Assembly: GCA_964187785.1 (NCBI GenBank)
Contig: OZ076409.1
Location: 52,020,001-52,084,000 of the forward strand
Direction: 5' to 3'
Length of the DNA: 64,000 bases
Origin: Amphiscolops sp. MND2022
Lineage: Eukaryota
In this document: positions 34,432 through 46,957 of the stretch, piece after piece
How positions within the stretch are numbered: the stretch's first letter is position 1
How the letters are laid out: the number at the start of each line of letters is the position of its first letter
Translations under genes and position numbers: made by a program
Notes under the pieces: model-generated
Databases searched by the model: none
What the model saw: only the letters and a program-made list of their open reading frames with translations
Told to the model about the DNA's origin: nothing

Positions 34432-36114
34432 TTAGTTTTTTGAGTCCGTTTTTCGTGGGTTTGATTGGCTCGAAGATGCAGTTTCGGGGTTAGTTGATTT
34501 TTTAGACAACTTTTCATCGCCGGAGTTTTCATCGGCTTTATCTTCGGGTCTTGTCCTTTTGGGACGTAGATGTGCTCCAGCCCCTTTCCAGCATCTTTCA
34601 ACGGGGTGATTTTTCTTTCCGCAAGTAGGACATTCTGGGTATGTGGGACGTTGGGGCTTTTTGCCATTTTTGTCCTCCAATTCTTTCTTCTTTTTCAATT
34701 TGGGGCAGCTCTTATAAAAGTGGCCTGTGGCTTTACAATAAGAGCATTGTGCGTCCTTATTAGTATTTATGCCATTAGAGAGCAGATTGTTGTTACTGGT
34801 GGACGCAGAGGCCATTGTGGCGATTGGCAAATCGTCTGACTCTTCTAATGCGTTGAGTTCAAGCTCTCTTTCAAGATGAGCGACGATTTCCTCATATGTC
34901 CCGTTCTCCAGGCGGGCCATATTGACAGATCGTTTTAATTTTGGAGGCAGTTTTGCATACAATAAGCTGTCAATCATGCTTTTTGCATTCTCACCGAAAG
35001 CTTTTTCTGCCCCCTGGTTCAGTTCTTCTAAGAAATCCGGCAGTTTCATGGTATTCGGATCGAAAGTCAGCCGATGCCATTTGTGTTTTGCCGTTGCTTG
35101 GGATTCCGGTTTGACATATTTTCTCCGGAATATGATCAGCACGTCCTCGAGTGTTTGGCGGTTAATTGAGTTTATGTTCCTGAAGGTCTGCAAGGCTCCT
35201 TTCCTGAGCAGTGAATGGAAATGGTTAATTTTCATTTGCTCTGTCATGGCCGGTTGCATTTTGATCATTGTGTGGAACAAATCTTCAAAGAGTTCGAATT
35301 TCTCACTCTTTCCGTCAAACGTCATAGGGGTTGTTTGGACAGGCCGGATAGTCATCGTTTGGGGTTTGTTTTGCAAATTGACTAGTACATCAGCCAATCT
35401 ATTGAGCGGGTCCTGAGGTGGCTCTGTGACCTCTGGTTCTGGCGCTGGCAGAGTGGTGTCCAAAGAGACATTGTGGTTAGATTGCTGTCTCTCTAGGTTC
35501 GGGATTGAGTGGATTCGTCCAGTAAGAAATTCAGGTATAGGCTGTTGGGCTTCGTTAGCTCCTGTCACCATGTAAGAGCCACGTCCCGTGGTGTCTCTCA
35601 AATCACCAACGGACCGTGAATCCTTTTTCAATAATTTTGTTTTCAAGCCAGATGGATTTTCCCTATTTTCCTGACTACTAGGAGACATACTCATCTCAGT
35701 GTCCCTGTTCCCAGAGGAAGACATTGAACTCACAATATTCTGAATCTCCGGTAACACCTTCTCTGATATGGCGGTACTGATTGCTCTATTTATCTGACTA
35801 TGTACCATGGCCATCATGGAATCCATCTCTTGAGATAACCTAAGATTAAATTCATTTGAAAAGGTTTCAAAGGATTGTCTTATGTCGTTTCGACCATGAG
35901 GCTCATTTCCTTGAATGAAATTTCCAAGATCATTTCTTGAGTGACTACCAATTTCTATGTCACCATTAATGGAAGATTGGTCTATTACATTTGCTAACTC
36001 TCTTTCTAAAGGATTTTCACTCCCTATCATCACGTCTAAATTATCCATATCGGACAACATGTCCATCTCTTTGGATTTTCTAGCTTTCGCTTTCTGTCTT
36101 CTTGTGGAAGGCAT
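34432..36114 (-). CDS. gag: Gag (560 aa), starting inside the 5' LTR
   Basis: Capsid-like FDGKSEKFELFEDLF region and two CCHC knuckles (CSYCKATGHFYKSC, CPTCGKKNHPVERC). The first 181 codons lie within the LTR. Confidence 0.95.
   Translation of the reverse strand: MPSTRRQKAKARKSKEMDMLSDMDNLDVMIGSENPLERELANVIDQSSINGDIEIGSHSRNDLGNFIQGNEPHGRNDIRQSFETFSNEFNLRLSQEMDSMMAMVHSQINRAISTAISEKVLPEIQNIVSSMSSSGNRDTEMSMSPSSQENRENPSGLKTKLLKKDSRSVGDLRDTTGRGSYMVTGANEAQQPIPEFLTGRIHSIPNLERQQSNHNVSLDTTLPAPEPEVTEPPQDPLNRLADVLVNLQNKPQTMTIRPVQTTPMTFDGKSEKFELFEDLFHTMIKMQPAMTEQMKINHFHSLLRKGALQTFRNINSINRQTLEDVLIIFRRKYVKPESQATAKHKWHRLTFDPNTMKLPDFLEELNQGAEKAFGENAKSMIDSLLYAKLPPKLKRSVNMARLENGTYEEIVAHLERELELNALEESDDLPIATMASASTSNNNLLSNGINTNKDAQCSYCKATGHFYKSCPKLKKKKELEDKNGKKPQRPTYPECPTCGKKNHPVERCWKGAGAHLRPKRTRPEDKADENSGDEKLSKKSTNPETASSSQSNPRKTDSKN
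34435..34441 (-). promoter_or_regulatory. -1 ribosomal frameshift heptamer A AAA AAC
   Basis: Gag ends TCA AAA AAC TAA. The -1 frame reads CTA ATT TCG..AAG ATG without a stop into the pol ORF. Confidence 0.85.
35559..35570 (-). other. Primer-binding site TGGTGACAGGAG
   Basis: Starts with TGG immediately after the terminal CA of the 5' LTR. The cognate tRNA is not identified (similar to a Leu-type PBS). Confidence 0.85.
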
Positions 36115-37201
36115 AAGAGTTTATTGCAAGAGGTAAGAATTTAAATTAAGTTCTCAGGCTTGCAAACAGAGTATGTTGAAACGATTTTAACAAGTTTGAG
36201 TATTACGGTATCAAGGAAATTGAAAAAGTCCTTGGGACCTAGGGTCCACGGTATATATACTCAGGTTTACATGACTTGCAAAATAATGAGGGTCACGTTC
36301 TAAAAATAGCCTTCACAGCTATCTAAAAATAGCACCTACTATTTATAGCCATGAAGGCGGCATGACGAAAGGGTCACTTCAAAGGGGTGATTTATTCAAG
36401 CGCCTTCAACAATTCCATATATAGAAGGATTGTAGGTCCAAGCATCCCTCAAGGCCTTTCATATGTGAGGTTAAGCAACATTACATGCAATTACATTTGA
36501 TCAACCATAACTTACATGTTCCAACTCATTAATCTGAGTATTCATGTAAATTATTAATATCTAGCATCAAATGGTACAAATGGTCCAGTAATCTTCATCA
36601 AAACGAGTATTTATTAGAAACACCAATCATAGCCCTTATTTACCACTGTAAATTGCACTTTACTTTAATTTGGACTCAGTGTCCATTTGCCGTAAATAGG
36701 CAGCAAATTACTACTAGCTGACGGCGCGTGGCCTTAGAGTCCTTTAATTTAGAATACTGCGCACAGTGAATGAAATGAATGGCGTGTTCTGATTGGCTAA
36801 GAATTTGGACGGACTGCGTGTCCAGCGAGACAGGAGAGGAAACATTTGAACTCGTTTCCTTTCCTGTACGCCTTGGTGTCCAATTTCTTAGCTAATACAT
36901 TAAATATACAGTGTTTACATGCATCAATGTATCAAAATCAACTTCGTAGTTTTCAACTAACCAAATGGTATTTCCGATTAATAATTTGCACAAGATTTTA
37001 TATATAAGGCTGTCAAAACTGAAAATAGAATAATAGACATGCCGTAAAAATATTACAAATTCAGTTTGAAGTTTTTGTCCCGTCATGACAATGGGACACA
37101 TGGTCCTTTCCTCTAGTTTATTGGCAGAGTACCTGGGAGGGCGCGAAAACAGCTGTAATTGATGGTGTAAAAGTTCCCATCGCAGGCGGGAGCCTGCGAC
37201 A
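35571..37201 (-). repeat. 5' LTR of the Gypsy element
   Basis: TG..CA ends. On the minus strand: CCAAT near 36792, TATAAATA at about 36347-36340, AATAAA at 36125-36120. Confidence 0.97.
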
Positions 37202-38319
37202 CTTTCTATCCATGATTCATCCTTGATTAATGGGTTCACCATACCGAGAACAAATTTATGATGAATTCACGTTTTGAAATAGTTTGTATCAAAAATTTTT
37301 TGTTTGCTCTTTAAAAGACTTGACAGTAATTGATGCTTTCAAACACTAGTAATGAAGTTTCTGTTCAGAAAGTTATTTCTCGAAAAGTTTCTCAGGAATC
37401 CTTCCTTTACTTTACTGGGTTTTTACAGCCAAAATTTTCATCAACATAGTTCTTTCCATTCTAATTACTCCGCTGAAATGTTTGAAAAATTTCACATTTG
37501 ATGGAGCATTCCATGGTTAACAAAAACATGTGATTTTTTGTCATTAATCTTCTTGGGTGATTCATGGGTTATTCTGATTGAAGCCACGATCAAGGATGAA
37601 TATCGACACTGCAGAATGTGAAGACAATCATGAAAATTTGCCATGAAACGGGATATTAAGGTCATGGAAAAGTCGAGATAATGGTTGAAACGTCGAGAAC
37701 GAGCCTAGTTGGTCAACCAGGGAACAAAAAGCGCAGTGGAACGACGGAAGTTGACCTTTCAGAAATATATCCAGACAGAGTTGCGTGCTTCAGCATAACC
37801 ATACCCAACACACACACATTGCTCCAGCCCTGCTTATAATCTACATGGAAACGAATCAATCTCTCATCTGCAGTTTTCTTCTACTTTTTGCCGTTTTCCA
37901 AACTAACATTTAAAAATATAAAGACGGAAAACAAAGCCGAAAAAAAATAGGTTTGTAGGGTGCACAGTGGTTTCTTGCATTTTCGAACAAAATGCTTTTT
38001 ATGAAGAGCAAAATAGGAGATAACTTTTCGATTTTTAACCATTTCACGCATTTTTGGTACGTTTTTTGAATGATTCCGTGGGTATGATAATCGACAGTTC
38101 AACAGAGCAATTAGCTTTTTAGCAAATTTTTCTATGGCAAAGAGTTCGTTTTTCAATTCAAAAAACTTCCCAAAATGTACCAAATTTTTCTGCTCCAACA
38201 AATTCAAATTGTTGCGTCTGATTGTGTTATCGTCTCCAAAGAAATGCGCAGAATAATATTTTGATCAACTAAAGTCATATATTTATTTATGCCATAGTGA
38301 GTTTTTCAAATATAGGGTA

Positions 38320-38710
38320 GAACAAGTCGGGAACGGCATAACTCGGCGCCATATCTAAGGCTCGAAAAAATAACGAAAGGACTTCAAAGTGTCAAGTATT
38401 CTTTTACAGTACCCGAAAAACCCAAAAGTTGAAGCGAATTGGCGCGCTAAAAGGGGGACCCGTTCAGATGTTTTAACATCCTTTGTTGCAAAACATCAAA
38501 AAATTGGAGGAGGGACCCTTTGGGAATTTTTTTTACAAAAAAGTCTCACAATGCCGAACAAAACTGAAAGGGGGGACCTTTGGGATTTTCCCTTTCTGTC
38601 GCCAAGCATCAAAAAAATTGAAGCGGGCCCTTTGAGGAAAAAAAATTTTCAAAAAAAGTCTCTCAATGCCGAAAAAAAACTAAAAAGGGGGACCCTTCAG
38701 TCTCGCCAAA
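38320..38710. mobile_element. Partial copy of the HINE-like dispersed repeat with internal AAGGGGGACC repeats
   Basis: Family end motif aacaagtcgggaacggcataactcggcgccatatctaaggctc, followed by repeated gggggaccc units. Confidence 0.65.
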
Positions 38711-41152
38711 TTTCAAGCCAATTTCAGGCCAAATGGGGAACATTTTATCAAGTTTTTGGTTAGAGCTGTCTAAAGTGTTTACATTCAATTTATTCGACTT
38801 TTACTGTCAGTATTTTATTCCTAGATGCATCTAGGATGCAATCTTATCCAAGCTTGTCACCGTGAAGGATAAACGAAACGTTTTCCTAGGAACAAGTCTC
38901 AAATTGACACCGGAATGGCGAAGAATACAAAAGTAAAAAAATTCTGTCAGTTTTCATGCAATTTGGATACAAGGGTTTCCGTGGGTTAGAGGACTCAAAC
39001 TTTCAAAACGATAAGCGTTCAAAACGATATTAGCTTTCCACTACGCTTTTTTAAAGCGAAATGTGTAATGTTTTGCTTCGAAAACACTCCAGAATTATCC
39101 CAATATGTCGAAAAATCAAAAAAATCTTCCATCAATCTTCCTACCTACAGTGCCAAGGTAAACAATTTCCAACAATGCTTGCACTTGATATCCAGTTGGT
39201 TTTTGCGATCAGATTTTTGCAAGTTTAAAACGTAAAAAAAGCACAAATTGACCCCAAAAAAAAGACAGAAGTAAAAAATTTTCTAAGTTTTGACATTTCA
39301 GTGAAGTTTTGTGGAAAATTTTGTAGTTAGACGGTTCAAGAAACCCCGGACGAAATAGGTAAATGTTCAGTGCGCTTTTGAAGGAGAATTTGAAGGATGG
39401 CAGTTATCCATGTAAAACTATACCTCAGATAAACTCAAAAATCTTGAAAATCCAATATTTTCAGTCTTGAGTTTTTTTTAAAATTCTGTGAAAATTTCGA
39501 GAGCTCTGTAGTTTTTTGTATTTTTCCTCTATCAGATATCATGGATCTTCGTCATCAATCAAGTGCCATGTGTATAATCATGTTGGGGGGAGAAGACACA
39601 CAGTCGGGAGCGCATCTTCTGTACCATTTTCTGTAGTTTGAAAAAGAGGACACTAACAGTAACGAACAAAATCGTTATCGAGTATGCGTTTTGAAAGACG
39701 AGTCAAAATTCTTGTTAGAACTCGGCCTCAGAATGTCTCCAAAATAGTATGAAAAAACGGAAAGTTTTTTCCATTTTGGATAATTTCGGTGATTTTCCCC
39801 CTGAAAATTAGACAGCCTTCTTCTGGTAGAAGTTTCAGAAAGCTCTAAAAGTTTTACTGAGGTACGTTGTTTGTTTTTAGAGGACAAATATGTAGCTTTG
39901 TTTGCAGTAAAAGACCTCGGAAGGACAAAAAGTAATCGAAACTCCAAAAGATCCAACTGTTTTACTTTTTATGCAATTTTTTGTGAATCTTTAGAAAGAC
40001 TTCGTGTGTAGAAATGGTGTCGGCGTTCCACAACAACTGGACCTGGTATCCAGTGGATTGTTTTTGAAAAGACATCTACAGGTTTTGGGAAAAGTGCCTC
40101 AAAATGAACGCCGCAAAATAATGAAAATATCAAAACTTTCCAGAATGCCCCCAGAAGTTTCCTGTTGTCGTTTTCTGTTGTCCACTTTTCGGAAAACGTT
40201 CACAAAAATCCTATATTAGCAAAATAAAACTGTTCAACGACAGTAAAGTTTTCTTCTAGTAAGCTTTTCACAAAAAATATCTGCAGTTTGTGTTGAAAAA
40301 CAGTTCAAACGTGTCAAAAACTGAAAAAAACAGAGTCACGCATTCAATATTCGTGAATTTTTTGAGACATCGGTAGAATGACAAAAACATTTAAAAACGA
40401 GTTTACTAATTATCCAGTAGATAAAGAGATAACTGCGGTTTCTTGTTTGAAGAAGACAAGTATATGAGTTTTTCAGAACCAAACGTCCAATGACAAGAAT
40501 TTTGAAACAGGAAGCAAATCGAAACGTTATTCAGGAGAAACAGTTCGATGGATTTCTTCAAAATTGTCCGAAAATATCAAAATTCCCAAAGGGCTTCGCT
40601 TTAAAAAACGTCGCCATCAGTACGCGTTTCAAAAAAAACTGGACCAAATTGGTTGCACGATTACAATAGACTTGCATCAAAAACATTAAAATACAATTTT
40701 CGACCCTTTTTGCCGAGTTTTATTCAATAGACTCCAGACGAAAACATTAGGTTATGCAGTACTCCTTTTTGAAGGAACAACTTGCAGTTTTCTAGATAGA
40801 AAAGGAACTCGGATTGACTAAAAATGCAGTAGTTTCTGACGTTTTCATGCATTTATCCAAGCAATTTTGTTGGCTGCAGAATGGTGTCAACATTCTAAAA
40901 GATTGAACCCGGTATACAGTGAGTATTTTCAGAGTAATATCTGCAGTTTATTGTTCAAAAAGCGCCTAAAATGAACCCAAAGTAGTTGAAAAGATCGGAT
41001 TTTTCATATTTTGACATTTTCAGTAACTTTCCGTGCAAAATTTTGAAAATTCTGTAGGTTAGGTAGTGGTATCGACACATTTCGACAGCGAAAGAAGTAG
41101 GTGTTCATTGTGTTCTCAAATTAAAAGTCCCTTTTGAAGTAGGGATGACATG

Positions 41153-44100
41153 TGTCACAGCCCGCTCCCGGCTGTTATCGCTTTAAACGCGATTGTTTTG
41201 GTTAAATATACTAGTGTGAACTAATTGAAATCCTTTTTGTGACGTCATCGACACAGCCACGCTAGCAGTACGTTATTATTTGGAATGATTTTGTGACGTC
41301 ACTAATTAGACAATTGGAATGATTTTCTAATGCGCAACGTAACGTCTCCAAAAACCGCTGGTCAGCTATAGCTAATTTTATTACGTACGGAGTGCTTACG
41401 GAGCAAATTGTAAAGTTCTAAAGCTATACCTAATTTTATTACGTACGGAGCGCTTACGGAACAATTGTAAGATTGTAATTATCAAATTAGGGTCGTAAAA
41501 ACAATTTAGTAGGAAATTTCCTCAGGAATTAATGAATTTCAAAGATTTTCTGAAAAGAATGCAACGTAAGGGCAACGTCATATTATTGGATATTTTCTTT
41601 TGAATGAAGTTTATACTAATATTTTCATCAAGTGTTCTGCATTTATATTATGAAATCGAAATTGTCAATCGAAGTAATAACGTGTTAATGTCACTAATCG
41701 ATGTTCTGATTAGCGTTTTCTCAAGTGTGGAATTTGTTGACCGAATGGTCCCCGTTGTTTTAGTATTTATGTGATTGTATGTTTATCTTAGATATATTTA
41801 CGTCGTTTTATGTTCGTGCTAATAATAATGGCAATAACTTGAAACTGTTATTCCGGTATCATTTGTTCCTTTTCATCAGTATTCAAATGTTTCCGCATTC
41901 AAAATTATTTGCTCCGTTTTAGTTGCGTTGCCATTTTTGCTAGTCATACTTTTATCTTGAAAATTTGGATTCCCAACTTGGAAATTGACTAATTAATCAC
42001 GCCGGCGTGCCTCCGTTGTTGAAAATATCAAGCAGGCTCTCATTTTGCCGCCATTTTAACGCTGAAACAGGAAGTGTATCGTTCGAACAGAAATGATTTC
42101 AACAAATATTACGGAAGGTTGACGCGACTAGAATTTCGATACCTGATTTAGTGACGCGGGACTGAAATAATATGAATCAACTGGGTTGTTGCATGAACAA
42201 ACCCAATTTTTATGATACCTAGGAATTTTTAGGTGAGGAACAAATGATGCTAGGAAAGTATAAATATGTTTGTTTTGTAAATTAAATCAGCTAGTTAATA
42301 GTGATCATTGTTGCATTGTTTTACTCCGTTGTTGAAACGATTTTGGAAATTCAAATTCTTTCAATCTCCTTGTCTCAACTCAAATATGAAAACTCAAAGT
42401 GAGAAAAGCCTTAAAACATTTTCATTGCATCCACATCAACTTCCATAAAAAAATAAAACGACTACCTAAAATAATCCTCCGTTAGGTAGTCGTAACATGG
42501 TGACAGGAATTAAAACGATTCCACGAACGACCAAATCAACATCAAGAGATGCGCAACAGGAACAGAACAGAAGCAAGGACGACAGCCGAATTCAATTGGA
42601 ACTCGGATAGAGAAGAGATTACGAACTGAATTCGTAAGTGGTTACTTTAGAATGGAACAATTAGAGTTACGTTTTGACCACGAAAATGAGCAGTCAGTAA
42701 CAGAAACTAACCTTCAAAAATTGTGCCAGCATTGAACATGTGATTGTGGTCGAAAAAGAATCGTGAATTTATTGCTTTCTCCAGAAAAATGGAACAAGGT
42801 ACCTTCAATTTTTTCACCTAATTCGTCCCCGACTGAAGAGTCCAAGCCAACGACTGCATGACGTGATAAACAAGACAGTGGAAAAACTCCCTGAAATTAT
42901 ATTAAATGTCGACTGATAAATGCAGGAATGCCTCCTAGCAATCACAAGCAATCCTTGTTACCGTGTTTTCTACGTTACACAACTCTCCAAAAATGTTCCG
43001 TAATACACCCACGGATCATTGAGCCAGTACAGAATGAAATGAAAGACTATATCTTTGTCAGTTTTTTTCCAAACGAGGGGGAAACATCTCGCTCGGACGA
43101 AATGTAGCAATTTTTAACCGATTCAGTATAACACTGAGCAGCGACAGAAAGAACATCTTCATCGACGGAAGTCTGACGTGGGGTGACTGGGACAGAAATC
43201 CAGGACTTGGGACTATGAATTCTTCTCATTCGACAGCAACAGTAAAAGAAATAAAACTGAGATAAATGACATCGGGAGCTACTTCAGTTACAGTTTGGCC
43301 GAAGTTGGAAGCCAAGATGGTGGAAACGGAAGGCGACGTTGTTGTGCCGGACGGACGAAACACGTCCGAAATCCCAAAAGGAACAACTCCCGAAGTGTCA
43401 GGTTGAGTTACTGAAAATCAAGATCTGGATTCAGACGCGTCAGGTAATCGGGTAGGACTCAAAGGCTGATCACCAAAACAACAGTCCAACAACCCATGGA
43501 AGTCAGAAAGATTTTACCAACCTGAAGCAACGAGCGCAACTTCCACCTCCGAGAGAACAACGTCATCGTCGGAGTAGTTGTAGTTTATCCCCTTTCCACT
43601 AACAAAACCTGCCACAGGAACAGCAGTAGAACGAACAATTTCGGCGTCCCCCATTGAAACTAGCAGAAGTTTCTTCGAAACAACATAAAAGAAAAGAACA
43701 ACTGAAAGAAAAAATCAAGAAAAGCACTTTGAAAACAGTGACGTCACATCGACGTAATTGCTTCGGAAAGGATTGACAACGTCATAACGACGTAGCTGAA
43801 GAAGAAACGGAGAATGAAAATCAGAAATATTTTTATTCACGTTTCGGCCAATAACAGCGCAGACAGAAGCAAAACGCTTTCAAAAATTCAGGCGAACCGC
43901 AACGAAGAATGAAAATCAACAAATAGGATATCTGTGAAAATACTGACCTCAAAAGACTACGAATATCAGTCGGAATTTGAGAATCCTCGCTGACGTAAGA
44001 AAGAAGTGAAACGACAAAAACCCGCATATCGTCTTCTTTTCTTCCCGAGTGGTCCTGTCACAACCCGCTCCCGGCTGTTATCGCTTTAAAAGCGATTGTG

Positions 44101-45347
44101 TTGGTTAAATATACTAGTGTGAACTAATTGGAATGCTTTTTGTGACGTCACTAATTAGACAATTGGAATGATTTTCTAATGCGCATCGTAACGTCTCCGT
44201 AAACCGCTGGTCAGCTATAGCTAATTTTTTTACGTACGGAGTGCTTACGGAGCAAATTGTTAAGTTCTAAAGCTATACCTAATCTTAATACGTACGGAGC
44301 GCTTACGGAACAATTGTAAGATTGTAATTATCAAATTAGGGTCGTAAAAACAATTTAGTAGGAAATTTCCTCAGGATTTGATGAATTTCAAAGATTTTCT
44401 GAAAAGAATGCAACGTAAGGGCAACGTCATATTATTGGGTATTTTCTTTTGAATGAAGTTTATACTAATATTTTCATTAAGTGTTCTGCATTTATATTAT
44501 GAAATCGAAATTGTCAATCGAAGTAATAACGTGTTAATGTCACTAATCGATGTTCTGATTAGCGTTTTCTCAAGTGTGGAATTTGTTGACCGAATGGTCC
44601 CCGTTGTTTTAGTATTTATGTGATTGTATGTTTATCTTAGATATATTTACGTCGTTTTATGTTCGTGCTAATAATAATGGCAATAACTTGAAACTGTTAT
44701 TCCGGTATCATTTGTTCCTTTTCATCAGTATTCAAATGTTTCCGCATTCAAAATTATTTGCTCCGTTTTAGTTGCGTTGCCATTTTTGCTAGTCATACTT
44801 TTATCTTGAATATTTGGATTCCCAACTTGGAAATTGACTAATTGATCACGCCGGCGTGCCTCCGTCGATGAAAATATCAAGCAAGCTCTCATTTTGCCGC
44901 CATTTTGACGCTGAAACAGGAAGTGTATAGTTTGAACAAAAATGATTTCAACAGATATTACGGAAGGTTGACGCGACTAGGAGTTTCGATGTCTGATTTA
45001 GTGACGCGGGACTGAAATAATATGAATCAACTGGGTTTTTGCATGAACAAACCCAATTTTTATGATACCTAGGAATTTTTAGGTGAGGAACAAATGATGC
45101 TAGGAAAGTATAAATATGTTTGTTTTGTGAATTAAATCAGCTAGTTAATAGTGATCATTGTTGCATTGTTTTACTCCGTTGTTGAAACGATTTTGGAAAT
45201 TCAATTTCTTTCAATCTCCTTGTCTCAACTCAAATATGAAAACTCGAAGTCAGAAAAGCCTTAAAGTATTTTCATTGCATCTACATCAACTTCCATAAAA
45301 AAATAAAACGACTACCTAAAATAACACTCCGTTAGGTAGTCGTAACA
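41153..45347 (+). mobile_element. Non-autonomous LTR retroelement, 4195 bp (large LTRs, 1.56-kb internal region without gag/pol)
   Basis: LTRs 41153-42497 and 44056-45347 with TGTCAC..GTAACA ends, TSD ACATG (41148-41152 and 45348-45352), PBS TGGTGACAGGAA at 42498. Confidence 0.93.
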
Positions 45348-46126
45348 ACATGAATCAAAAAGTCACTTTTGTCAAACTTCTATGCATCTTCATAATACAT
45401 TGGCTACTCTTGAGCCTCAAAATTATGTCGTTGCTAGAACAGCTTGGACGGAAAATATGCTGCTACTCAGCGGTCGTCTAGTTGAATATCAACACTTTTA
45501 GACGTTTATTTCTATTGACGGTATTTACCGTCCTCGTAATTATTTGGGAGAAATATCTATAACCTAAATGCTTTGGCTAGGAACCTATGATTTTAAGCAA
45601 CAGGGCCACTTGGTCGTTAGCTAAACCGGAATTGCTGACGTTCAGCGGGTCTATTTTCATTATCAAAATGAACTCAAACTACAACCTGATGATAATCATC
45701 AAATTGAAGCCGCAGATTTTTATTTTAACCAAGATATAGAGGTCTTGTGAATAATCTAATTTGTTTTTTTTTTCAAGAGCATGTGATGTCACTATTTACA
45801 GCTATTTACAGCTACTTATATAATGTTGAAGTTACAAAAACGTCTATCAGCTTTCCTTGATTTCCTCAAGTTTTTCGCTTTCCTTGATGGAAGCAAGGCA
45901 GAAAGCGGCATATGCCTATATATGACACCAAAATGAATGAGCTGAATGAAAACTTTCGAGCAATACTTTCAACTCTAAATATCTGATCGCCAATGATCAC
46001 GAGCGAACTGCAAATATAACATCAGACTCTATTTTAGGTGACCAACATTTGTTGAATGACCTATAATTCATGTGACCTACAGACGACGATACACTGTTAA
46101 TCTTTGTAGATCTGGGATCGCCTAAC

Positions 46127-46431
46127 CTTTAAACCATCTGCTGCTACGTCTGCGAAAGATAACATAAGGAAAGCCAAGGCGTTGATGATGACGTATTGCA
46201 GGCCCTGTTCTTTCGCTCCTGGGTTGTTGACGGAAGTTCTGTTCACATAGCACGTACCATTAGCCTCGTCGTGGATTGCTTCGTAGTAGGGTTCCGGTAC
46301 GGGTTTCAGGGTGATAACCGCTAGGGGGATGAATGCTAGACCCATACCCAGGATGAGGTACGGTTTTCTACGATAGTTGAAAATAGGACGAACATCACTG
46401 ACAACCCCGATTATGGTTTTTAAGGCCCAGG
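46127..46431 (-). CDS. BT1-family transporter, exon 3
   Basis: AWALKTIIGVVSDVRPIFNYRRKPYLILG and SFADVAADGL are BT1 signature segments. Acceptor tttgtcag; donor GTTAGG at 46126. Confidence 0.85.
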
Positions 46432-46957
46432 CTGACAAAGAACAACGATGATCATTGCAATTGACATTTACAGACCAAAGTTTTCAGGTAAAATTTATTT
46501 TCCTAAAATAGTGATATTTTCATTAAATGGCTTGGGAATTTTCGTGGCATTTTTCTGAGTGGTGGCGGAAAGAACGTTAAAGTAATTGGTTCTCATAGTG
46601 TTTCAGGAATAACGTCTGAAAAAATAACGTCTACAAATCTATGTCTTAAGATAAGGAACTTGCATGATTTAGTTTTTGATAATAATCCCGTTTTGCATTT
46701 AGACTTTTTTCCTTATAACGTAAAAATCAAATCTAATTCATGAGATTATCATGAGAACTTAATGGCAAACAAAAATCAACGGAAAAAATTGGTAGCGAAT
46801 GTGGGTGGAACAAGTGGAACAAGAAACCTTCAAAACTTCAGACAGTTGAGCTAACAAAAATTTATACAAAGCTACGATCTTTAGAAAAATTAGGAAATGT
46901 GTATCAGTGAGTGGTCTATGTTCATTTCAACACATCAATGGATATCAATGGTCATGC

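Larger units (their letters stand above)
21510..37201 (-). mobile_element. Full-length young Ty3/Gypsy LTR retrotransposon, 15692 bp
   Basis: Two 1631-bp TG..CA LTRs, 5-bp TSD CTTTC (21505-21509 and 37202-37206), PBS, PPT, intact gag, and pol in PR-RT-RH-IN order. Confidence 0.98.

Noticed and set aside
29414..35416. Plus-strand ORFs overlapping gag and pol
   Set aside because: Antisense shadows of the long coding frames.
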